DNA of 64,000 nucleotides from an uncultured delta proteobacterium (lineage in GTDB: Bacteria; Desulfobacterota; Syntrophorhabdia; Syntrophorhabdales; WCHB1-27): assembly GCA_963810935.1 (NCBI GenBank), contig CAWEPK010000017.1, positions 128,001 through 192,000 on the forward strand. The letters run 5' to 3'. Below are positions 19,351 to 27,194 of the stretch, piece after piece (within the stretch, counting starts at the first letter, position 1; every line of letters starts with the position of its first letter). Position numbers and translations under genes: made by a program. A model generated the notes under the pieces. That model did no database searches and had not been told where the DNA came from. It saw nothing but the letters and a program-made list of their open reading frames with translations.

Positions 19351-19881
19351 TCACCACAAAAGGCGGAGTTTGTCGCTCCACCTCGAAGGCAGTCTGTTCC
19401 CCAGAGAGAGCCAATGACGGCTGTGCCCCGGTGAGAAAAGGACTGCCAGCGCAAGCAGGAAAACTGCCGGGTCCAGATAGATGCTCCACGACGCCATAGT
19501 CGATCCGATGGCGCCGAAGCAGCCGCATTCCATATCTGCCCCGCGAGACAGCAGGACAGCCTTGGCAATAAAGAAAGAGGTGCTCAGCAAGGCGATGCCG
19601 AGAGCGGACAGACGGGTCAACACGCCGAACAGCAAACCGAGCGCGCAAGCGAGCTCGATGAATGGAAGGGCCCACCCGAAGCCTATCGCCAGCGGACCCG
19701 GCAGCAGGTCGAAATTGTAGACCATAGCGACCGAGTAGTGCTCGATATCCACGAGCTTCCCCAACGCGCCGACGAGGAAGGTCACGGCCAGGACCCAGCG
19801 GAAAACGAGTATCACATATCGATTTTCGAGGACCTTGCGTAGAATAGCGTCGCCTGCGCGGTCGGCAGAATGTTTTTTAAT
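19351..19881 (-). CDS. MauE/DoxX family membrane protein
   Basis: FRWVLAVTFLVGALGKL, LPFIELACA, MECGCFG; start uncertain (ATT at 19881 behind a strong SD, or GTG at 19815). Confidence 0.85.
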   Translation of the reverse strand: MKKHSADRAGDAILRKVLENRYVILVFRWVLAVTFLVGALGKLVDIEHYSVAMVYNFDLLPGPLAIGFGWALPFIELACALGLLFGVLTRLSALGIALLSTSFFIAKAVLLSRGADMECGCFGAIGSTMASWSIYLDPAVFLLALAVLFSPGHSRHWLSLGNRLPSRWSDKLRLLW

Positions 19882-20285
19882 TGTTCACCTCCCATTAGCA
19901 ATCAGGCACGGGCCGGCAGAAGAACGTAACTATCCGCCAATCAGAGTAACTATAAGCCCGATCGTCCCGTATTTCAGGGTCGCGAGTCCATCCATACCGG
20001 AATGTGGCAGGGCTCAAGACAAAAGATGAAGTGATTTCGGGACTTATTGACTCGACTTGGGCTTCTTCTATCGAGATGTGGCTATGCCGGTCGGATTAGT
20101 GTTCCTTACTTAAATTGCGCGGCTCTTCTATCGAGACTCTCCAACATTTCGACCGGCATTACAGCCAGGATAACCCTGCCTTCACTTTTTTAAAATATAT
20201 TTGTGTAAAGACCCGTGCCGGCGATTACACTGTTAGTACGATCTTGTTTCGAGATCACGATAAATAAAAACTTGGAGGGTACGGT

Positions 20286-20639
20286 ATGAAGAAGGTATTG
20301 CCGGTAGCTTTAATGTTCGTTTTAGCGTTGGTGTTCGTGGGACACGCATTTGCCCAGGAAGGCGCTGGTGGAGCCGAATGGAGCAAGCAGGAATTCATGA
20401 ACAAGCTGTCCGTCGCCAAAGAGCACCAGTTGGCAGGTACGGTCGTCAGCCATGACCCGGTGTGTCATTGCGTCGTCATAAAGACGGCAAAAGGGGACAT
20501 GACCTTGCAGGACGACTACACCAAATTCATGCAGGACTACAACCAGGCAAAGGGGCTGAAGATAGGCTCCAAGGTGAAGGGGACGTATAAGACGGTCAAT
20601 CACATCCACTATCTCACGGACACCGACTACGCGATGTAG
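20286..20639 (+). CDS. Exported hypothetical protein with HDPVCHC motif
   Basis: GGAGG SD; signal peptide ending AFA; followed by a terminator. Confidence 0.8.
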   Translation: MKKVLPVALMFVLALVFVGHAFAQEGAGGAEWSKQEFMNKLSVAKEHQLAGTVVSHDPVCHCVVIKTAKGDMTLQDDYTKFMQDYNQAKGLKIGSKVKGTYKTVNHIHYLTDTDYAM

Positions 20640-20663
20640 AAACACCTGCGTCGTAACCGCGTC

Positions 20664-20704
20664 AGAGAGAGGGGGCGAGACATGCCTCCCTCTCTCTTTT
20701 TTTT
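20664..20704 (+). terminator. Intrinsic terminator
   Basis: AGAGAGAGGG...CCCTCTCTCT stem followed by a T run, downstream of 20639. Confidence 0.8.
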
Positions 20705-20985
20705 CGGAAAGACAGCACAGCAGGCGCGGATTACTAAGGCTCTCGTATATCGACGTCTTAATATCCCACGCGATAGGTACAGTATAGCCCGCTCTTGCCG
20801 CCGCCTTATAATATCCTCTTTGTTCCGTTACCGGCTGGCGGCTGTGGAGGAGGGTCTGAGGGAATCGTGATAGTTAGTGCTGGTTCGCCGGGGCCCTTAG
20901 CATCTGCTCGTAAGTGCCCCGCTCCACCGGGGACATATAGAGGACGATTCGAAGCTCCTTCGGAAGGAAGGGGCCGGCTTACGGC

Positions 20986-21021
20986 AACGGCCTCCCGGAG
21001 GGAGGGCCGGGAGGCCGTTTT
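20986..21021. terminator. Terminator-like hairpin
   Basis: Perfect 13-bp stem AACGGCCTCCCGG/CCGGGAGGCCGTT just beyond the stop of 21047-21574. Confidence 0.65.
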
Positions 21022-21046
21022 AGCTGTGCCGTATCGTAAGAGGTTT

Positions 21047-21574
21047 CTACTGCATGAAACGGCCATGGCGGTGGGACTTGAAGAAGCCTGCCCTGTCGAG
21101 CTTCTGCAACTGCTCGGGGGTGAGCACCTTTCTCCACTCTACTTTCATGGCGGCTTTTCTGTCCATCAGCTTCATTATCAGCGTGTCGATCTCTTTCTGC
21201 TTCGCGAGCAGCGCCTCGTCCGTAGCCTTCGGGTCCGTAAAAAGCTTCTTCATCTCGATGCGCTTTACCTGGAGGTCGTATCTCACGTCATGCGTGTCCG
21301 TCAGGAAGCGCTGCCCGATCTCCCGCATCTTATCCTGCTGCTCTTTCGTAAGGTTCAGAAACCTCCCCATGCGGTGGCGCATGTGGCCCCAATGATCTTG
21401 CCCGCCGGGATGGCCGGGGCCGTGTTGCATGAGGGCGGGACCTGACGGGGCCGGGCCCTGCTGCGCCATGGCGGGGCCTGACGGGGCCGGACCCTGCCCG
21501 GGCGATTGCGCGTATGCCATTCCTGCCCAGCTTACGAAAAGCATTGCCAGGGCGATTACGAAAACTCTTTTCAT
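21047..21574 (-). CDS. Spy/CpxP/ZraP-like periplasmic protein
   Basis: Signal peptide; LNLTKEQQ and VLTPEQLQKL motifs; His/Met/Gly-rich N-terminus. Confidence 0.85.
   Translation of the reverse strand: MKRVFVIALAMLFVSWAGMAYAQSPGQGPAPSGPAMAQQGPAPSGPALMQHGPGHPGGQDHWGHMRHRMGRFLNLTKEQQDKMREIGQRFLTDTHDVRYDLQVKRIEMKKLFTDPKATDEALLAKQKEIDTLIMKLMDRKAAMKVEWRKVLTPEQLQKLDRAGFFKSHRHGRFMQ
21434..21497. repeat. 36-bp-period intragenic duplication
   Basis: Two near-identical units, each encoding QGPAPSGPA. Confidence 0.8.
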
Positions 21575-21685
21575 GTTAGCTCCTCCAGTTTTTTGTGCGG
21601 GCGGTTTTTAGGGCCCTTTGTCCGTTTCGCTCGTGTCTTCTTATCAGGTAAGTCGTGCGATGTGTTCGAAAGGTTACACGGCTGG

Positions 21686-22789
21686 TCAGCTTCGCTTTAT
21701 GACGTGGACCGCAGTGGCCTTGAAGGAGGCGGTCAGGCGCCTGCCTTCCGCAACGGAGAGCGCCTCGCGCGATTCGCCCGTTATGTAGGAGACGAGCGGA
21801 AAGCCGCAATCGAGGCTTACCTTCTGATAAAACCCCATGGAGGCCACCCTCGTCACTACGCCGGGGAAGACGTTCCTCGCGCTCGTGAGCCGGGGGCCTT
21901 CGCCGTTGTGACCGTCAGGCACGGAGAGGGTCACATTTTCCGGCCTTATGTAGAGCGTCACTTTTTCGCCGCGCGCGATGCGGCCGGCCGCCTCTATCTG
22001 CATACCCGCGACCGTTATGACGGCGGTGTCGCCGCCGCTTCCGTCCACCTGCCCCCTCAGAAGGCTCCCCGCTCCGACGAAGGAGGCGACGAACTCGTCC
22101 GCAGGCGCGTTCATTACCTCTTCCGCCGGCCCCGCCTGGAGGACCCTTCCGCCGCTCATCACGGCTATCCTGTCGGAGAGCCGCAGCGCCTCCATCAGGT
22201 CATGGGTGACGAGGACCGTCGTAGTCCCGGTGGTCCGGACGGCCGCCTCCATGTCTTCGATCAGCGGCTCGCGGCTCATAGGGTCGAGGGAAGAAAACGG
22301 CTCGTCGAGGAGCATCACCTCCGGCCGGACGGCAAACGCCCGCGCCAGGGTCGCACGTTGCGCTTCTCCGCCTGAGAGGCTGCGTGCCGAGCGGTCCTTC
22401 AGATTGATGATGCCGAAGCGGGAGAGTGCCTCCATGACAGCGTCGCGTACCGCGGCCTTTTTGGCTCCCCTTATTTTGAGCCCGGAGGCAGCGTTCTGGT
22501 AGACCGTAGTGTCGAATAAGAGGGGCTCCTGGAAGACCATCGCGAGGGAGCGCCTGTAAGCGAGGACAGGGCAGTCGCGCCCCACCTTGCGGCCGCGGAA
22601 GAGGATCTCGCCCTCGAAAGGCAAAAGGTGCGCGAGGACCTGGAGAAGCGTCGTCTTCCCCGCGCCGTTCGGGCCGATCACGGAAAGGACCTCGCCTTGT
22701 TTTACATCGATAGAGGGCACGTCCACTGTCACGGCGCCGCCCCTTTTAACCAGAAGGCCCTTCCCCTCGATGATGGCGGGCGGGCTCAT
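21686..22789 (-). CDS. tupC: Tungstate ABC transporter ATP-binding protein with TOBE domains
   Basis: GPNGAGKTT, LSGGEAQR, LDEPF, SARNVFPG, FKATAVH; in an operon with tupAB. Confidence 0.85.
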   Translation of the reverse strand: MSPPAIIEGKGLLVKRGGAVTVDVPSIDVKQGEVLSVIGPNGAGKTTLLQVLAHLLPFEGEILFRGRKVGRDCPVLAYRRSLAMVFQEPLLFDTTVYQNAASGLKIRGAKKAAVRDAVMEALSRFGIINLKDRSARSLSGGEAQRATLARAFAVRPEVMLLDEPFSSLDPMSREPLIEDMEAAVRTTGTTTVLVTHDLMEALRLSDRIAVMSGGRVLQAGPAEEVMNAPADEFVASFVGAGSLLRGQVDGSGGDTAVITVAGMQIEAAGRIARGEKVTLYIRPENVTLSVPDGHNGEGPRLTSARNVFPGVVTRVASMGFYQKVSLDCGFPLVSYITGESREALSVAEGRRLTASFKATAVHVIKRS

Positions 22790-23484
22790 CTGGGCCTTTC
22801 CCTTTGCTGGATATGCGTGAGCAGCAGGTTAACCCCGTAGGCGAGCAAAAGCAGGATAAAGCTTAAGGCGATGGCCGTCTCGAAGTTGCCGCGCCCTGTT
22901 TCCATGACGGTCGCGGTGGTCAGCACGCGCGAGTATCCTTTGATATTGCCGCCGACCATTATGGAAGCCCCCACCTCCGATATGACCCCGCCGAAGCCCG
23001 CCATGACTGCGGCAAGGAGAGGAAGGCGTGCCTCTTTGATCAGTATCCAGGCAAGCTGCGCCTTTGTCGCGCCGAGGGCAAGCACCTGGAGGGTCAGCTT
23101 CTGCGGGAGCTGCTGGAGGGCGGCGATGGAGATACCCATGACGATGGGGGTAGCTATCACTGTCTGCGCGACCACCATGGCGGCTGGGGTGAAGAGCATG
23201 CCGAGGAAGCCAAGGGGGCCACTGCGCCACAAAGATATGCTCACAAAAAGACCGACGACCACGGGCGGCAGGCCCATCCCGGTGTTTACCAGACCCACTA
23301 CTATGCGCTTGCCGGGGAAGCGCGCGAGCGCCACGAGGGCGCCTAAGGATATGCCGATCGCGGTGCTGATGAGCGTCGCGGCGCCCGACACCTTAAGTGA
23401 CAGTAGGGTAATGCCGAAGACCTCGGGGTCGAACGTCACCAACAGCCAGAAGGCCTTGCGGAGCCCGTCGAGGATCAGCTCCAT
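22786..23484 (-). CDS. tupB: Tungstate ABC transporter permease
   Basis: NTGMGLPPVVVGL, ISEVGASIMVGGNI, RVLTTA. Confidence 0.9.
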   Translation of the reverse strand: MELILDGLRKAFWLLVTFDPEVFGITLLSLKVSGAATLISTAIGISLGALVALARFPGKRIVVGLVNTGMGLPPVVVGLFVSISLWRSGPLGFLGMLFTPAAMVVAQTVIATPIVMGISIAALQQLPQKLTLQVLALGATKAQLAWILIKEARLPLLAAVMAGFGGVISEVGASIMVGGNIKGYSRVLTTATVMETGRGNFETAIALSFILLLLAYGVNLLLTHIQQRERPR

Positions 23485-24342
23485 CTATTTACCCAGGTCC
23501 TCCTCTTTCTTTCCTGCGTCGGCGAAGAAGAGGGGCGATCCGAATTTATCGACGCCGAAGGCGCCGATCTGGCCTTGCGTCTCGGGCGCCGTCATGAAAG
23601 CGGCAAATGCCTTTGCGCCTGCTGCGTTCACTTTGGGCCATTTCTCAGGGTTGACCTCTATCACGTGATAGACGTTGAGAAGGCCCCTGTCGCCCTGTAC
23701 GAGGACCGCGAGGTCGAGCCGTTTTTTCAGCGCCAGGTAAGTGCCCCGGTCGGCGAGGGTGTATGCCTGTTTTTCGGAAGCCACGTTTAAGGTCTGCCCC
23801 ATGCCGAGGCCCGTCTCCTGATACCACTTCTGCCCGACGGGTGCGATGCCTGCTGCTTTCCACAGGGACTTTTCCTTCGCGTCGGTGCCGGAGTTATCGC
23901 CCCTGGACATGAAGAGCGCCTGCGACGCGGCAATTTTTTTGAACGCCGCGGCGGCGGATTTCGTCCCTGCAATGCCTGCCCGGTCCGCGGCCGGTCCGAC
24001 GATGATAAAATCGTTATGCATTACGAGGCGGCGGCCTGTGCCGAAGCCGTCCTTCATGAAGGCTTCTTCGGCCTCGGGCGAATGGACGAGGAGCACGTCC
24101 GCCTCTCCCTTCCTGCCCATGGCCATGGCCTGGCCGGAGCCGACCGCTATAGTCTTTACGAAGTAGCCGGTCTTTTTCTCGAACATGGGTATGAGGACGT
24201 CGAGGAGGCCGGAGTCCTGGGTGCTGGTCGTCGTGGCTAAAATAATGTTCTTCTGCGCTGCCGCGTGACCCGGCGCGGGCGCGATAAAGCACGCTGTAAG
24301 CACTGCCGCAACAAAAAGGATGGAAAGTCCGATTCGGTTCAT
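23485..24342 (-). CDS. tupA: Tungstate-binding periplasmic protein
   Basis: LATTTSTQDSGLL (TTTS signature), SRGDNSGT, YTLADRGT. Confidence 0.92.
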   Translation of the reverse strand: MNRIGLSILFVAAVLTACFIAPAPGHAAAQKNIILATTTSTQDSGLLDVLIPMFEKKTGYFVKTIAVGSGQAMAMGRKGEADVLLVHSPEAEEAFMKDGFGTGRRLVMHNDFIIVGPAADRAGIAGTKSAAAAFKKIAASQALFMSRGDNSGTDAKEKSLWKAAGIAPVGQKWYQETGLGMGQTLNVASEKQAYTLADRGTYLALKKRLDLAVLVQGDRGLLNVYHVIEVNPEKWPKVNAAGAKAFAAFMTAPETQGQIGAFGVDKFGSPLFFADAGKKEEDLGK

Positions 24343-24469
24343 TTTTCACCTTTTTTATCTGTTCGGTCCCCTCAAGAATAATGCGTGAGCCTCCAAAATG
24401 CAACCGAAAACCAACGCGTGCAAGTGTGCAAATAGTGATATACTCTTCCATGCATTTTGGAGCAATTGC

Positions 24470-25273
24470 GTGACGAGGGTTGACATCATAGCGGCCAAAG
24501 GGACCGAGGAGCTTCTCGATGAGACGTTCTACAGCCTCGCGGGCGGCCTCTGGGTCGAAGACGAAGCGCGGGGCGTGCGCATAACGTGCTACCCCGCAGA
24601 CCCCGGCCTTCTCCTTGCGCACCTGCGCAAGGCCGGCATCAGGGTCAGGAACGTGACGACGACCGAGGAAGAAGCGAAGGACTACGTGGCCGAGGTGCGC
24701 AAGCACTTCACGCCCGTCAGGATCGGCGGCCTCACCATCCTACCGCCCTGGCGGAAATCGGGCAGGAAGGGCAGGACCATAGTGATAGAGCCGGGCATGG
24801 CCTTCGGCACTGGCAGGCACGAGTCTACGAAGCTGATGGCCGCCATGATGGAGCGCGTCCCCATCGACGGCAGGAGTGTGCTCGATATCGGGTCCGGGTC
24901 GGGCGTGCTCGCAATCAACGCCTGGTTGCTGGGCGCATCGAAGGTTGCGGCAATCGACCACGACCCGCTGGCCGCAGAGGCAATGAAAAAGAACTGCGGC
25001 CTCAATGGCCGCCCGTGCATATCTGTTGCTTGCGGCGATATAGACGCGGTAAAAGGCTTATACGACGTTGTCCTGGCGAACCTCGATTTCGGCACGTTCG
25101 AACGCCGGGCGCCCGACGTAATCCGCACGGTCTCGCCGGGCGGGTTTCTCCTGGTCTCCGGCATAGAGGCACAGTATGCCGGTGAGGCATTACCCCTCTT
25201 CGCCCCCCTCGAACTTGTCACCCGCCGCAGGAAGGGCGAGTGGCACGGGTTTATTTTCAAGCGGAACGTGTAG
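24470..25273 (+). CDS. prmA: Ribosomal protein L11 methyltransferase
   Basis: IEPGMAFGTGRHEST, LDIGSGSGVL, DVVLAN, VSGI; GTG start after GGAG. Confidence 0.88.
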   Translation: MTRVDIIAAKGTEELLDETFYSLAGGLWVEDEARGVRITCYPADPGLLLAHLRKAGIRVRNVTTTEEEAKDYVAEVRKHFTPVRIGGLTILPPWRKSGRKGRTIVIEPGMAFGTGRHESTKLMAAMMERVPIDGRSVLDIGSGSGVLAINAWLLGASKVAAIDHDPLAAEAMKKNCGLNGRPCISVACGDIDAVKGLYDVVLANLDFGTFERRAPDVIRTVSPGGFLLVSGIEAQYAGEALPLFAPLELVTRRRKGEWHGFIFKRNV

Positions 25274-25274
25274 A

Positions 25275-25907
25275 CTAGAAATCCCTGTATCCCGAAGCAG
25301 TCATGCCTTCGCGCAAGTGGCACGTGTCGTTTGCAAAAGCCAGAGAGAACCTGTCGTCTTTTCCTTCCAGCAGCGTGATCGACGCGGGGTCGAACCGCAT
25401 ATCCCAGAAGTGGCTGTTGTCGATGCCGAGACACGAGAGCACGATCACCTTGCAGATGACCCTGTGCGTTGCAATGACTACGGCGCCAGGCTGCCCTGTG
25501 CCGATCTTTTCGATGCACTCCCGCACCCTGCTCCGCACCTCCCCGAGTGTCTCGCCCTCTTCAACTTTTAGCTTATGCGGCGAGCTTCTCCAGACAGCGA
25601 TGTCCTCCGGGAAAAGCTCCTCCACTTCTTTAAGCGGCTTTCCCTCCCATATCCCGAAGCTCATGTCGGTGAGCTGCTCCACCGCTTCCACCTGCACGCC
25701 CGTCATGCGGGCGACGGCCTGCGCGGTCTGCATAGCCCTTGACAGCGGGCTCGAAAGGACAATGTCGAGCGATTTCCCCGTAAAGTAACGCCCGGTCTTA
25801 TCAGCCTGCTTTGTGCCCGTGACATTAAGGGGGACGTCTTTCCTGCCCCTGAATATCTCTTCTTTGTTCCACTCCGTCTCTCCGTGCCGTACGACGTACA
25901 GCTTCAT
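25275..25907 (-). CDS. Histidine phosphatase family protein (GpmB/CobC-like)
   Basis: VRHGETEWN, SSPLSRA, FGIWEG, NDTCHL. Confidence 0.9.
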   Translation of the reverse strand: MKLYVVRHGETEWNKEEIFRGRKDVPLNVTGTKQADKTGRYFTGKSLDIVLSSPLSRAMQTAQAVARMTGVQVEAVEQLTDMSFGIWEGKPLKEVEELFPEDIAVWRSSPHKLKVEEGETLGEVRSRVRECIEKIGTGQPGAVVIATHRVICKVIVLSCLGIDNSHFWDMRFDPASITLLEGKDDRFSLAFANDTCHLREGMTASGYRDF

Positions 25908-26054
25908 GCAGGCCTCCCTTTCGGCGTCCCCTATTATAAAGCAGATCGCATAGGCCGGACAATACGTGGAGGCAGGTTCGACGAATTATTACGCCGTTAG
26001 ACGGAAAGGCCGGAGAGTAGCCTGTCCGGGCATATATCCTGTGTGTTTCCCGTG

Positions 26055-27131
26055 CTATACGGACAGGCCCAAGGCACGCGCCAATGCATCGAAGTCCATA
26101 TGTTTTTTCAGCAGGTCCTCGAAATATCCGACTTTTTTATGTTGCTGGAACCGGTTCTTGCCAAAAAAATTCTCGATGGTCTGGATAGCGCTGAGGGTAT
26201 CGTGTCCGGTCAGTATGAGCGGGACGTGGCGCTCCGAGGCGAGGCCGATGATCAGCGGGTCGGGCCTGATGTTGCCCGTAAGGATCAGGCAGCGTGTAGA
26301 CGTCTCGAGGGCTGCGAGCTGGAGATCGACCCTGTCCCCTCCCGTAATGACTGCCTTGCCCGGTACGCGGCGGAAATATGTAAGGGCGCTCTCGACGTTC
26401 ATCGCTCCTACCATGAGATTTTCGACCAGCTCGTCAAAGGCGTCTTCGCAGCAAAGGGGCTGGCCCCCCAACCCTTCGAGCAGCTCCCTCACGCTCACGG
26501 AAAGGAGCACCTTCTCTTTCGGCAGAGCGGCGAAAACAGGCACGCCCCTGGCAGCAAGGAAGGGCGTCACCTTATCCCTGGCATACGCCATCCGATGATG
26601 CAGGACGCTGTTGATCACCGCCCCCATCATCGGGTCCCCTATCGAAGCTTTTGCCCCTAGCAGGTCGTCGACCATCTGAAGCGTATCGACGTAGGGGACG
26701 ATGACGAGCGCGCGGGCGCCCAGAAGCTCCGAGATGCGGCCTGCGCTTAAGTTTATCATCCTGCCTTCACGCAGGGTGTTCCCGCCCTCGAGGACCACCA
26801 CGTCTTTACCGGCTGCGACCGTCTCGTACGCCTCGACGATCTTTTGCTCGTAAGCGTCCGCTTTGGCCCCGTCGACCGCCGCCTTGACGGCGTCTACGGT
26901 AAGCAGGACAGGCGACATCGCCTCCATCGGCTCGATCAGGCCAAGCGTCGCCTTGATGAACGCCACGTCCTCATCGACCGCCCGCCCCCCCATGCTGCGC
27001 GGGGTCGAGCTGACAGGCTTCATGTACCCGGCGGCCAGACCCTTCTCGCGGAACCAGTGCATGAGGCCGATGCACAGGGCAGTCTTGCCCGAATACCTGT
27101 CGGTCGATGCGACGTAGATAATTGCAGCCAT
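26055..27131 (-). CDS. BioD-like/DRTGG protein (phosphotransacetylase N-terminal homolog)
   Basis: SGKTA, GYMKP, VLEG, VITGGDR, LILTG; no Pta catalytic domain. Confidence 0.88.
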   Translation of the reverse strand: MAAIIYVASTDRYSGKTALCIGLMHWFREKGLAAGYMKPVSSTPRSMGGRAVDEDVAFIKATLGLIEPMEAMSPVLLTVDAVKAAVDGAKADAYEQKIVEAYETVAAGKDVVVLEGGNTLREGRMINLSAGRISELLGARALVIVPYVDTLQMVDDLLGAKASIGDPMMGAVINSVLHHRMAYARDKVTPFLAARGVPVFAALPKEKVLLSVSVRELLEGLGGQPLCCEDAFDELVENLMVGAMNVESALTYFRRVPGKAVITGGDRVDLQLAALETSTRCLILTGNIRPDPLIIGLASERHVPLILTGHDTLSAIQTIENFFGKNRFQQHKKVGYFEDLLKKHMDFDALARALGLSV

Positions 27132-27194
27132 ACTTCCTCCCCGCTCGCCCGGAGGGGCCCAAAGTCCTGCGGCCCCGGGCTTGCACGTTTCGCG

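Noticed and set aside
20953..20975. SRP RNA, because CGGAAGGAAG resembles helix 8
   Set aside because: The flanking CAGG and AGCAGC consensus bases are absent; it reads as an ordinary hairpin.
20795..20987. 6S RNA, tmRNA or RNase P RNA
   Set aside because: No recognisable conserved motifs or usual neighbouring genes; kept only as an unassigned candidate.
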